A DNA stretch of 64,000 nt from Candidatus Zixiibacteriota bacterium (lineage in GTDB: Bacteria > RBG-13-66-14 > B26-G2 > WVWN01). Below, in pieces: positions 28,374-37,874 of this stretch. The position numbers were made by a program, and so were the translations under genes. Every line of letters starts with the position of its first letter. The stretch's first letter is position 1. The notes beneath the pieces were generated by a model. The model saw only the letters and a program-made list of their open reading frames with translations, ran no database searches and was not told the DNA's origin. The stretch spans positions 12,975 through 76,974 of the forward strand of contig JASFLY010000012.1 in assembly GCA_050117845.1 (NCBI GenBank), read 5' to 3'.

Positions 28374-31300
28374 TAGAAGTCGTACCCCAACGTGAAGTGG
28401 AAGCGCGGCGGCGTCTCGACCTCGCGGAGGTTGGTCCTCCAACCCCAATCGAGTTTGACGTCGAAGTAGCCGAGCCACCACCGCAGGCCGGTGCCGAAGG
28501 CCATCTTGCCGTGGACCAGGTGCCACCCGCCGTCCTTGGTGGCGAAGGTGAAGTCGTCGTATTTAAGGTCCTCTTTGCCGGTATACCAACGATGGTCGTC
28601 GGGGTAGGGGGAATTCGGGTCGAAACCCCACGCGGTCCCGAGATCCACGAAGAAGAGCGTCCTGAACCCACCCAGGACCAACCCCTCGACCGGCCATACG
28701 ATATAGTCGATTATCGGCATGCGGAACTCGAAACTCCCCAGGCCGAACTGGTTACCGTAAATCTGGTAATAACGGTACCCGCGCAGGTTCGAGCCGCCGC
28801 CGAGGTAGAAGTTTTGAGGGTCCCGGCCGGTGGAGATACCCCCGGCCAGACGGAAGGCCAGGCTCACCCGGTCGGAGACACGCACGTAACGGCGGAGGTC
28901 CAGCACCTGCTCGGTGTAGTATTCGGAGGAATCCGTAACGGGGGTCGTCTGCCGCACGGTGTAGGACATGCGCATCCCGGCGTTGGGATGGTAGTAGCCC
29001 CACTGCGTCGTGTCGCGGACGAAGGCCCCGATGACGCCGAGGATATTATCGTCCCGCGGCGGGATGTACCGTTCCTCCGGATCGTAGAAGTAATCCGTCC
29101 GGCGGTCGTAGCCGAAGACGCCGCCCTCGACGCGGTTGCGCTTGTTCAGCGGGTACGACGCGATGGCGGAGCCGCCGGATACGCGGCGGTCGAACGCCAC
29201 GTCCGTCGCGATGTAGTATTCCTGCCACGTCAGCGCGGAGAATATGTAGGACGTGCGTCGCGTCAGGTAATAGTAGTCGATAGCCACGTCGATGTCGTGG
29301 AAAGAGCCGATGGTCGTCAAGTCGAATAGGAGGTCGATGCGGTGGCTGCCGAGGATGTCGCTTAGGCCCAGTACGGTGTAGTTGGTGAACTCGCCGCCGG
29401 TGGTGTAGGCGAAGGTGGTATTGAGGTAATCCGGGCTGAACTTGACGCCGTATTTGCGGGTATCGTCGAGGCGCTCGGAGACGGTGAGAGCCCGGACCGT
29501 CGGCGGCGACGCGTAGGTTTCGGCCTCGGCGCCTTCGTCCGCGTCTCCCGTTTCCACGCCCTCCTCCAGGGGTTCTTCGGCCGCCGTCTCGGCCTCCTCC
29601 GGGTCCGGGACCTCCGGCATAACCTCCTCGCCGGCCGTTTCGGCCTCGAGGACGGCGAGGGCGAGTTCTTCGCCGGTGACGATTTCACCCTCGGCCTCGC
29701 TCGTTAGTGCGGCCTCGGCTTCGCCTTCCGCTTCGGGTTCGGGTTCGGGTTCTACAACCGGCGGCGGGTCGTCGCCGTAGCGGGCGAGCCAGGCCTCGTA
29801 GCCGTAGTCGTCCGGCCCCGGCCTCTCGATCGCAACTTCGCCGACGGGTTCGTCCAACCAGGGCATGCTCCAGAGGGAGTAGGTGAACTTCTCGTAGGCC
29901 GTGAACGCGACCGTTTCGCCGTCGGGGGACCAGGTCGCGTCCATGACACCGGTAACGACGTCGGTGTGCTTCCCCACTTCCCGCGTCGCGAGGTCCATCA
30001 CGTAGATGTTGTAAATACCGTCGTCCCGGTTGGAGCAGAACATCATCCGAGTGCCGTCCGGCGACAGCCGGGGGGAACGATTCTCGTAATTGGAGAAGGT
30101 TATCTGCTCCTCGTCGGTGCCGTCGGGCCGCACGCGGAAGATATTATTGAAGGCCTCGCGTTCGGACGCGTAATAAATGTACTCGCCGTCGGGGGACCAG
30201 GCGGGATAGCCCTCGGAATAGAAGTCGTCCGTTACGCGGTCGACGCGGCCTGTGGCGACGTCCAGGACGTAGATGTCGCGCTTCTCGCGCTCGACGCCGG
30301 CGAACGCGATTTTCGTCCCGTCCGGGGAATAGGCCGGCGCCAGGATATCTTCGAACTCAGGGTTGTAGCGCCGGACGATTTCGCGGTTGAAGATGTTCAG
30401 GATATATATCTGGTCGAACGTATCCTTCTTGCCGACGAAGGCGATGAAGTTGCCATCCGGGGACCAGCTTAGGCCGTTCTGCATGTAGAGGATGTACTCG
30501 TATTCCGAGAGCGCGTACCCCTTGGTAAGGTTGTCGAACTTCTCGCCGGTCTCGGCGTTGACCAGGAAGATATCGAGGAAACGTTCCTTGATGGTCATGC
30601 AGGCGACGAGGTCGCCGGAAGGAGACCAGTTGGGCTGGAAGTACGAGATGTATTCACGGCGGTCGTCAACGGGCGAGAGCTGAGTGGCGAAGTCCTTCAG
30701 CTGGTCGTGCTCCGCGATGGACGGCCAATAACGCTTGCGGAGCCACACCTTCCAATCCTCGTTGAGGTCGTCCTGTTTGATGCCGAACGAGTCCTCCAGC
30801 GCGCCGTCGGGCCGCCTAAGAGCGCTCGCCCCGAAGGACTGCAGGAGTTCGGCGGGCGCGTCGGGGCCGTAGGTTTCGACCAGGTATTCCATAATGGACT
30901 GGCCCAGCTTGTAACCGAGATAGGCGAAGGGCAGCATGCTGAAGCTGCTCATATATTGCAAATCGGGGAGGTTGTCGCTCATGACGGCGTCCCGGAGGAT
31001 CATATCGCCGTCGGGCGAATCGTCGCCGCAGTAGTATTCCGCCTGCCCTTCCATGAACCAATCCGGCGGCGCCGTCACGGTGAAGACCGAACCGAAGGTC
31101 GGGAACAACAGACCTATCTGGAACTCGTGCACCATTTCGTGGTGCAACGTCGTCTCGAACTGGCGCTGGGATCCGTTGTACGGCATTACCAGCCGGTTCT
31201 TTATCGGTTCCGTCAGGCCGCCGATGGCCTCGCCGCTCACCGGGCTGATGTTGTTCTGTTCGAAGTGCCGCGGCGACATATAGATGACGATGGGGACGCG

Positions 31301-31552
31301 TTTTTTAAGGTCGAAGCCGAGGTCGTTCGAAACCTCGTCGTACGAGGCTTCGGCCACTTCGGCGGTCCAGTCGAGGAGGAAATTCTCCTCCTCGTAATAG
31401 TATATGTCGAAATGGTCGGTGGGGAGGACCCGCCACGAGAACTTCTCGTTGCGGACGGAATTTTTGCCGAACGCGCCGGCGAACGACGCGTTTAGGAGTA
31501 TTAAAAGGGCCGCGAGGCCCATCGTCGTCAGTTTAAAATTTCGCCAATCCAC
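28373..31552 (-). CDS. Omp85/BamA-TamA family protein with N-terminal gluzincin-like domain and PD40 propeller
   Basis: HHEMVH..WFMEGQAEY, repeated WSPDG, C-terminal LRGY, FVDLG, terminal GYDF. Confidence 0.85.
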   Translation of the reverse strand: MDWRNFKLTTMGLAALLILLNASFAGAFGKNSVRNEKFSWRVLPTDHFDIYYYEEENFLLDWTAEVAEASYDEVSNDLGFDLKKRVPIVIYMSPRHFEQNNISPVSGEAIGGLTEPIKNRLVMPYNGSQRQFETTLHHEMVHEFQIGLLFPTFGSVFTVTAPPDWFMEGQAEYYCGDDSPDGDMILRDAVMSDNLPDLQYMSSFSMLPFAYLGYKLGQSIMEYLVETYGPDAPAELLQSFGASALRRPDGALEDSFGIKQDDLNEDWKVWLRKRYWPSIAEHDQLKDFATQLSPVDDRREYISYFQPNWSPSGDLVACMTIKERFLDIFLVNAETGEKFDNLTKGYALSEYEYILYMQNGLSWSPDGNFIAFVGKKDTFDQIYILNIFNREIVRRYNPEFEDILAPAYSPDGTKIAFAGVEREKRDIYVLDVATGRVDRVTDDFYSEGYPAWSPDGEYIYYASEREAFNNIFRVRPDGTDEEQITFSNYENRSPRLSPDGTRMMFCSNRDDGIYNIYVMDLATREVGKHTDVVTGVMDATWSPDGETVAFTAYEKFTYSLWSMPWLDEPVGEVAIERPGPDDYGYEAWLARYGDDPPPVVEPEPEPEAEGEAEAALTSEAEGEIVTGEELALAVLEAETAGEEVMPEVPDPEEAETAAEEPLEEGVETGDADEGAEAETYASPPTVRALTVSERLDDTRKYGVKFSPDYLNTTFAYTTGGEFTNYTVLGLSDILGSHRIDLLFDLTTIGSFHDIDVAIDYYYLTRRTSYIFSALTWQEYYIATDVAFDRRVSGGSAIASYPLNKRNRVEGGVFGYDRRTDYFYDPEERYIPPRDDNILGVIGAFVRDTTQWGYYHPNAGMRMSYTVRQTTPVTDSSEYYTEQVLDLRRYVRVSDRVSLAFRLAGGISTGRDPQNFYLGGGSNLRGYRYYQIYGNQFGLGSFEFRMPIIDYIVWPVEGLVLGGFRTLFFVDLGTAWGFDPNSPYPDDHRWYTGKEDLKYDDFTFATKDGGWHLVHGKMAFGTGLRWWLGYFDVKLDWGWRTNLREVETPPRFHFTLGYDF

Positions 31553-32285
31553 GGGGTTCCGCCACTTCGTGGGGTTGCAGGGTGTAAACGAAATCGTCCA
31601 CGGCCTCGCCGAGGAGTTCTTCGAATATCTCTTTCTCCTCCAGCGAGGCGACGGTAACTTCGTCCTGTTCGTAGGTCCGCATCGTCGTCGTCTCGAATTC
31701 CCGGCGGCGCATCAGCCTTCCGGTCCGAACGTCGAAGGCCTTCACCGTGAGTTCGAGCGTAAACCTCAGGTTTACGTCCATATAACGGGTGGCGTACGCG
31801 GTTCCGTACTCGAAGGGAGCGATGGTCTGGTTGTCGGACGTGTACAACTCGTTGCGAACGTCGCCCTCCGGGCTGTAGGTCCGGCGTACCAGTTCGACCT
31901 TGCCCACGAGAACGGCGTCCACACCCAGGTCCTCGCCCAACGCCAATACCTGATCCCGGTTCGCGGGGTCGAAATAATCGACGCGGTCGAGCGCCGCTTC
32001 TACCGTCTCCGACGGTTCGACGAGGAAGGAGTCCTCCTCCTCCATCGTCTCGCGAAGGGTTTTGGCGGCCAGCAGGCCGTCGTCCTCGTCCCCCTCGAAG
32101 GGCAGCACCGCTACCCGCTTGTACACCGAAGGGTCGAGGTCCGGCGGCTTCTGCACCTGTATGACGACGAAGCCGGAGTGCCGGCAGGCCCCGCCGGCGA
32201 CCAGGGCCGCGGCGACCGCCCCGAGCGCGAGTATCCGCACGCCGGCCCGGCGCGCGCCCTTAAAGCTGGTCGGCGTAATTCTCAA
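31533..32285 (-). CDS. Lipoprotein, CsgG/LpoB-like fold suspected
   Basis: Hydrophobic signal ending in Cys; RVAVLPF, LGVDAVLVG, FDVRTGRL patterns. Confidence 0.65.
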   Translation of the reverse strand: MRITPTSFKGARRAGVRILALGAVAAALVAGGACRHSGFVVIQVQKPPDLDPSVYKRVAVLPFEGDEDDGLLAAKTLRETMEEEDSFLVEPSETVEAALDRVDYFDPANRDQVLALGEDLGVDAVLVGKVELVRRTYSPEGDVRNELYTSDNQTIAPFEYGTAYATRYMDVNLRFTLELTVKAFDVRTGRLMRRREFETTTMRTYEQDEVTVASLEEKEIFEELLGEAVDDFVYTLQPHEVAEPRGLAKF

Positions 32286-32286
32286 A

Positions 32287-32754
32287 TCAGTTCAACCCGT
32301 ATTTCTTTTTATCCTGCCTTACCTGGGCGTTGATCTGGGCCCGCAACTCGGCGCTTTCGGCCAGGAGTTTCGCCAGCCGGTCGCGGCGTTCGGTCCCGCC
32401 CTCTTCCCGGTATTCCTTCGCCACCATCAACGCCAGGAGCATTTTATCGATATAGAGGATATAACCCTCGTTTATCTCGTTGGTACGGTCGTCGTAGGTC
32501 AGGACCGAATCGAAGCCCTCCCGGGCCTTGACCAGACGCGATTTTATGTCCTCCGCCGCCTCGACCGGAAAACCCCGGTCCGACAGGTCCATCTTCTCCG
32601 CGTCGGCCGCGATGCTATTGAGCGAACTTATCAGCGTCGACGCGGTGACGTAATAATCGACGAACGCCTCTTTGCCCGCAGCCCCGGCCGCGGGGGCCAG
32701 GACGGCCAAAACCGCCCCTATTATTACTACACTCGTAATTATGTCTCGCATCAT
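32287..32754 (-). CDS. Secreted helical hypothetical protein
   Basis: Signal peptide, SD GGAG, own promoter. Confidence 0.7.
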   Translation of the reverse strand: MMRDIITSVVIIGAVLAVLAPAAGAAGKEAFVDYYVTASTLISSLNSIAADAEKMDLSDRGFPVEAAEDIKSRLVKAREGFDSVLTYDDRTNEINEGYILYIDKMLLALMVAKEYREEGGTERRDRLAKLLAESAELRAQINAQVRQDKKKYGLN

Positions 32755-32781
32755 AACTCCCGCAAACTCCTATCCGGGACA

Positions 32782-32810
32782 ATTTTAACACTCCGGCGGC
32801 CTCTTTGCAA
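32782..32810 (-). promoter_or_regulatory. Promoter for hyp-lipoprotein-Omp85-ferredoxin operon
   Basis: TTGCAA-17 bp-TAAAAT. Confidence 0.6.
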
Positions 32811-33024
32811 CGCCAAAGCACCGCCTTTCCCGCACAGGCTGGTTACGGGAGTACGCGATTCCCCTTATTATGACGGCGGTTCTCGGGCCGCTGTTGCAAT
32901 TCGCCCGGATCCCTGGCCCGGATCCGCCACCCGGGGAGCTTACGTGAATTCGACGTTTTCGGCGCCTTTGGCGTTTAATACCCCGTCCCCCCACCCCGGA
33001 TATTCGCGATACTGCGCCCCGCAC

Positions 33025-33060
33025 AAGAAAAAGGAGGCAGGCCCCGCCGGGGCCCGCCTC
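33025..33060 (-). terminator. Intrinsic terminator after metzincin gene
   Basis: gaggcgggcccc-ggc-ggggcctgcctc followed by ctttttctt on minus strand. Confidence 0.8.
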
Positions 33061-33093
33061 TCTCGATATCGGGACTACTCCGGTAGGGGTTGC

Positions 33094-34299
33094 TTAACGC
33101 GCGATGACCAGGCGCCGCGCGGATGCTTCGTTCCCCGCCTCCAGCCGGTAAATGTACACGCCCGGCGGGACGGCCCGGCCGCTCTCGTCGGCCAGGTTCC
33201 AAACGACCTCGTGTTCGCCGGCCCCGCCGCCCGTGAAGAGCGTCTTGACGCGGCGGCCGCTGAGGTCGTAGACGTCGAGCCGGCCTTCGGCCCCGTCGGC
33301 CAGCGAGAACGATATAGTAGCCTCGCTGTGCGCCGGGTTCGGGTAAGCCGAGGCCAACGCGAAGGCGGCCTTCGTGCCGGAGGGCATAGTCACCCGCACC
33401 GGCCCGAACTGCTGTTTGTGGCCGGTGAGGTCCACGGCCTCCAGAAGATACTTGTAGTCGGCGCCCAAGCGGACACCCTCGTCGGAGAAACTATACGGAG
33501 AACTTCCGGTTATGAGCGCGCCGTTCACTTTGACGTAATCGGCTCCGGCTGCGTCCTCCATGCGGTACAGGTTGTAACCGGCGTGGTCCTCTTCCACGGC
33601 GGCCTTCCACTCCACCATTACCTCCCCTTCCCGTACGCGGGCGGTGAAGGACTCGAGCGTTACGGCCGCGTTGGGATAGAGGTAACGGATGCCATTAATG
33701 TCGTCCGAATGGAGCGTCCTCTTTCGGGTTTCACCCGGCGAGGCGTAGCCGTACATCGTCTTCTCGCTATCGCCCGGGCTGTAGAGGTCGGCCAGGACGA
33801 GGTTGTGGCCGAATTCGTGGGTGGCGATGTTCTGGACGTCCATCTGCCCCGAGGCGCCGCTGTCGGACCAGGTATAGTTGTAGCCGTTGAAGGACACGTC
33901 GTTCTCGATAACCCGCCAATACGTGACTTCGTCCGCCATCCAGAACTGGTTGACGGCGATGGCGCTCGCCGAGAACGGCCACGACCCCTGGCCGGAATGC
34001 GTCGGTTCGTACCAGACGCAGAGGTTGACGTTGTCATACTTCGTTTCCAGGATGCTCGAATTCGAACCGCGGCTGTTGCGGTACCACTGGTAGGTAACGT
34101 TGGACCAGGTATCCAGGGCCGATACCAGACGGGCGAACTCGTTCGAGCAGTCGGGCGTACCCAGGCTGTTGAAACGCATCGTCCAGGGCATCTGGGCCTT
34201 GGTGTGGTATACGGGCCTCCCCTGGTAATACATTACCTCGAAGGCGAAAGCCGACGCCGCCAGCGCGAATACCGAAACCAGGATAAGCGCTTTTTTCAT
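33094..34299 (-). CDS. Matrixin-like metzincin with T9SS type A C-terminal sorting domain
   Basis: Signal peptide, HEFGHNLVLAD plus Met-turn (KTMY); CTD: AYPNP...VYDLSGRRV...GVYIYRL...RRLVIAR. Confidence 0.85.
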   Translation of the reverse strand: MKKALILVSVFALAASAFAFEVMYYQGRPVYHTKAQMPWTMRFNSLGTPDCSNEFARLVSALDTWSNVTYQWYRNSRGSNSSILETKYDNVNLCVWYEPTHSGQGSWPFSASAIAVNQFWMADEVTYWRVIENDVSFNGYNYTWSDSGASGQMDVQNIATHEFGHNLVLADLYSPGDSEKTMYGYASPGETRKRTLHSDDINGIRYLYPNAAVTLESFTARVREGEVMVEWKAAVEEDHAGYNLYRMEDAAGADYVKVNGALITGSSPYSFSDEGVRLGADYKYLLEAVDLTGHKQQFGPVRVTMPSGTKAAFALASAYPNPAHSEATISFSLADGAEGRLDVYDLSGRRVKTLFTGGGAGEHEVVWNLADESGRAVPPGVYIYRLEAGNEASARRLVIAR

Positions 34300-34322
34300 G
34301 TCTATTTCCTCTCTTCGCCGGC

Positions 34323-34790
34323 TTAACGGCCCGCAGCCGCCGCCACTTCCGCGACGTATTCGTCCAAGGTTACGCCCGCGGGCAGGACCGTCCCGTCCAC
34401 GACCGATTGCTTACTCTGCACGCCGTCCGGGCAGTTGTACACGCCGCCCTCCTTCGGCGCTAGGAACAACACGACGTCCTCACCGACGCGGAAAGTCGGT
34501 TCCACCGAAACCGCGTACGCCAGGCCGTCGTACTCGCCGCCCATGTAGCGGACCGTTACGTATTCCTCGACGGTGGCGCCGACGATGGTGTCGGCCACCA
34601 GGACTTTCGCCTCTGAGTAAATTACGCCGCGGCCGTCCGGCGGGTAGGATTCGATATCCTGCACCGTTCCGGTTACGACGAGCGTCGCGTGGTCGACTAG
34701 GTCCTCGGTCGAAACGCGGACCATCGACGCCCCGGCGACGACGGCGAACAGCGCGAGGAGCACGCCCAGCAATAAACACTTTCTCCGCAT
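34323..34790 (-). CDS. Secreted small beta-domain protein co-transcribed with the metzincin
   Basis: Signal peptide; L...A.LVV.GTV, GG...G, P.F..GE.VVLFL pattern. Confidence 0.75.
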   Translation of the reverse strand: MRRKCLLLGVLLALFAVVAGASMVRVSTEDLVDHATLVVTGTVQDIESYPPDGRGVIYSEAKVLVADTIVGATVEEYVTVRYMGGEYDGLAYAVSVEPTFRVGEDVVLFLAPKEGGVYNCPDGVQSKQSVVDGTVLPAGVTLDEYVAEVAAAAGR

Positions 34791-34830
34791 TCGCTACCTC
34801 CTATTAGTAATGATTATCATTACCGTTTAT

Positions 34831-34859
34831 ATTATATATTATTCTACGGCTTGAGTCAA
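34831..34859 (-). promoter_or_regulatory. Promoter for 34790/34299 operon
   Basis: TTGACT-17 bp-TATAAT in very AT-rich spacer; second TATAAT-like box upstream. Confidence 0.7.
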
Positions 34860-34959
34860 ACCGTTACTCATATATTCTATTATAATATACTTTTTTCAGG
34901 CCGAACGCAAGGGAATCCCGACGGAATAACGTATTTTCCGGGATAAATTCGCGGCGCTA

Positions 34960-35952
34960 TCACCCGCAACGTAACATATCGACAAAGGTCTCGAGGCGCA
35001 GCCGTTGTTGGGCGGAAAGGGGGCCGGGCCGCTCTCCCTCAAGCGTCAGGACCGGGACCGGCGCGCCCCGCCGTATCAGTATATCCTGGATGCCGCGGTA
35101 GCAGAAAGCCTGCACATAGTGCAATAAGCCGTCGACGTGGCGCCGTTCCACCTCCCGGCCTATATCGGCCAGCCGGGGGCCGGTGCCGTAAGGATACGTG
35201 TACGCGGCGTAGGCGGCGGCTAGGTCGTCGCCCCCGGCGAGCAGCGCGAATTGGCGCGGCGTCTCGTTGAATACGACGGCGGCGGCCAGGTCGGCGAGGA
35301 ACTCGAAGAGGTCGTCGTTTATCGGCGGGACGCCCACTACGCCCAACCGCGGCTTTTGGGCGGCCCCCGCCTTGCGGCCCCGGGCCTCCTCCAGAAAGGC
35401 CGTCACGTCGGCCTCGAACCGCTCGACGCCGCCGGCGAAGTCGCCGGCCCGGAGCAGCCAGTCGAAGTTCTCCCGGCCCGTAACGACGCCCTCCCGCCAG
35501 GTCAACTCGTCCAGTTCGGCCAGGGCGCGCCGGCTCACTTTCAGTTTGTCGAAAACGCCCTCCGCCGCCGGGACGGTGGTCCCGACCTCCGCGGCCAGCT
35601 CCTCCAGGGCCGTGGCCATCGCGCGGCGCTCGGGCCGGGGCGGGAAGGCGAAACCCAATACGTCGACGCCCTCGTCGGCCAGCACCTCCCCCAACGCGAC
35701 GGCGTTGGAACAGTCGCCGCCGGTCACGACCGCGACCCGGCCTATCCCCTCCGCGCGGACGGTCGCGTATATGCCCTTTATCCAGGCGCAGGTGTTGCGG
35801 GGGAAGCCGGCGCCTTCGGCTTCGCTGACCGCGCCTTCCGGGTCCGGCAAGCCTATAAATAAGTTATTGAGGTCCACCGGCTCGAAACCCGCCGCCAGCA
35901 GGACCTCAATCGGGAGCGTCGTCGTTATCCCTATTCGCGTGTCGGCAGTCAT
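34960..35952 (-). CDS. 2-hydroxyacyl-CoA dehydratase (HgdB/FldC-like) family protein
   Basis: TTTLPIEV, GFPRNTCAWIKG, GDCSN, HYVQAFCYR, LEGE..., RLETF. Confidence 0.8.
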   Translation of the reverse strand: MTADTRIGITTTLPIEVLLAAGFEPVDLNNLFIGLPDPEGAVSEAEGAGFPRNTCAWIKGIYATVRAEGIGRVAVVTGGDCSNAVALGEVLADEGVDVLGFAFPPRPERRAMATALEELAAEVGTTVPAAEGVFDKLKVSRRALAELDELTWREGVVTGRENFDWLLRAGDFAGGVERFEADVTAFLEEARGRKAGAAQKPRLGVVGVPPINDDLFEFLADLAAAVVFNETPRQFALLAGGDDLAAAYAAYTYPYGTGPRLADIGREVERRHVDGLLHYVQAFCYRGIQDILIRRGAPVPVLTLEGERPGPLSAQQRLRLETFVDMLRCG

Positions 35953-35964
35953 CGGCTCCGGCCC

Positions 35965-36768
35965 TTATTCCCCTTCCGGTTCCGACCCGCCTTCCTCTCC
36001 GCTTTCCCGGATATAGGAGTAATTGGCGCCGTGCCGGCGCTTGCCGCCGAAGCCGGAGCCCCGGGCCGCCCGCTTGATGTCCTCGTAAGACATCTCGGAC
36101 CACGTTTCCCGGGAGACGCCGGTCTTGACGCGTGCCAACATCTCCTGCTCCACGCTGTAGGTCAACTCGGTGTTCCGGGGACTCTGCCAGACGATGCGGT
36201 AAATAGCGTGGCCGGGCTTATCCTCCATCAGGTCGAGCAGAGCCTGGGCCTGCCGGCCCGAATCGAACATCCGGCCGCGGTTCCCGAGATACAACGTCTC
36301 CTCGGTCTGCGAAGTTATCTCGGGACCCTCTCCTTCTATCCCTTCCGGGGAAAGGAGATCGTCCGAGATCTCGAGTTCGCAGAATCCCGGCCGGTTAACG
36401 CGCAGGCTGGCGACGAGGGCATGGGCGTCCACCTCGGGCGAACGGGCCCGGTTGACGTCGAAGTAGACGTTTATCCACACGATGTCGTACTCGTCGTAGC
36501 GCTCTTTGTCGAAGTAGTTCAGGAGCCGCTCGATGTCGCGGGCGGAGGTCGATGGGTCGACGGCGATGTTCATACGGACCGACGGTTCCGCGGCGTCGTC
36601 GTCCACGTCCATCTTGCCGACGACGTACTCGACGGGCGGCGGCGTATAATCGGTCGCCGGGGCCGCGGTCTCCGCGGTCCCCTCCTCTCCCCCCTTGCAC
36701 CCGGCCGCGACGGCCGCGACGACCATAAGCGGTAGAACGATATGCCGTATCTTCAAAATCGGTTTCAC
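35965..36768 (-). CDS. Hypothetical lipoprotein
   Basis: VAAGC lipobox; acidic body. Confidence 0.7.
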   Translation of the reverse strand: MKPILKIRHIVLPLMVVAAVAAGCKGGEEGTAETAAPATDYTPPPVEYVVGKMDVDDDAAEPSVRMNIAVDPSTSARDIERLLNYFDKERYDEYDIVWINVYFDVNRARSPEVDAHALVASLRVNRPGFCELEISDDLLSPEGIEGEGPEITSQTEETLYLGNRGRMFDSGRQAQALLDLMEDKPGHAIYRIVWQSPRNTELTYSVEQEMLARVKTGVSRETWSEMSYEDIKRAARGSGFGGKRRHGANYSYIRESGEEGGSEPEGE

Positions 36769-36772
36769 CCCT

Positions 36773-37549
36773 TTAACTAAGGAGCCGGAACGCGAGCGCC
36801 AGACCCTCCAGCGTCAACGCTCCGGCGATTTCCGGCGTGGTCCTCATAAGCGGCGCCACCACGGCGGCCAGGCCGCCGGTGGCGACCAGAGCCCCGGCTT
36901 CGCCCCTCTCCTCGCGTATGGCCTCCACGATGCCGTCGGCGGCGCGCGCCGCCCCCAGGACGACGCCGGCGCGCAGGGCCTCGTCGGTGTTGCGGCCCAC
37001 CACCCTCGGCGGCATCGTAAGGTCCACCGCGTCGAGCCGGGCCGCCCGGGCGAAGAGGTTCTCGGCCGAGACGGCGACCCCCGGGGCGATGACGCCACCC
37101 ACGTAAGCCCCATCCGCGGACAGAACGTCGAAGGTGGTGGCGGTGCCGAAATCCACCGCTATGGCCGGGGCGCCGTGGAGTTCGCGTAGCGCGAGGGCGT
37201 TGACGACCCGGTCCGGCCCCACCTCGGCCACGTTGTCGTAACGCACCTCGAGGCCCAAGTCCTCGTAGTCGCCCTCCACCACGACGGGACCGACGCCGAA
37301 GTAGCGCCGCAGGGCCTCGGCCAGCCGCGGCGTCAGCGGCGGTACGACCGAACACATTACGGACGGCACCGGCACCTCGACCTCCACGCCGCGGAGACGG
37401 AGTATCTCCCGGAGCCCGACGCCGTACTCGTCGGCGGTGCGACCCCGGCCGCTCGAGAGCGTGAACTGCACGCCGAGGCGGCCTTCAATAAAATAGCCGC
37501 CGGCAATGGACGTATTGCCGACGTCGAGCGCGAGCAGGCTTTCGGTCAT
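36773..37549 (-). CDS. coaX: Type III pantothenate kinase
   Basis: LDVGNT, SVVP, GPDR, VDFGTATT, GGVIAPG, ATGG. Confidence 0.93.
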   Translation of the reverse strand: MTESLLALDVGNTSIAGGYFIEGRLGVQFTLSSGRGRTADEYGVGLREILRLRGVEVEVPVPSVMCSVVPPLTPRLAEALRRYFGVGPVVVEGDYEDLGLEVRYDNVAEVGPDRVVNALALRELHGAPAIAVDFGTATTFDVLSADGAYVGGVIAPGVAVSAENLFARAARLDAVDLTMPPRVVGRNTDEALRAGVVLGAARAADGIVEAIREERGEAGALVATGGLAAVVAPLMRTTPEIAGALTLEGLALAFRLLS

Positions 37550-37616
37550 ATCCCTACGGTCTGTCCCGGAATCGAAACGGGCCGTCCTTCGCCGGGCCCC
37601 GGGCCCGGCCGGCGGC

Positions 37617-37817
37617 CTACTTCGACCCGCTTTCCTTGGCTTCCTTCTCGTCCGCCTCTTCGGTGATGCTGTTGCTTATCTCCCGCGAGGTCTTCTTGAA
37701 CTCGCGGATGCCCTTCCCCAGGCCCCGGCCGATTTCCGGCAGGCGCTTGGCGCCGAACAACAGAAGCGCGATTAGAAGGATTAAAAGGATTTCCTGTATG
37801 CCTATCGAACCGAACAT
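37617..37817 (-). CDS. tatA: Twin-arginine translocase TatA/E
   Basis: [37 protein letters not shown]. Confidence 0.95.
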   Translation of the reverse strand: MFGSIGIQEILLILLIALLLFGAKRLPEIGRGLGKGIREFKKTSREISNSITEEADEKEAKESGSK

Positions 37818-37874
37818 TTCGCTCTTCCCCGGCGTAAGGGTCCGGCCCGCGGGCCGAACCACACCGCGTATTCG

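Noticed and set aside
32062-34326. 754-aa plus-strand ORF (and similar long antisense ORFs such as 6560-8074, 21545-23248, 53270-54907)
   Set aside because: Shadow or alternate-frame ORFs typical of high-GC DNA, overlapping well-supported genes
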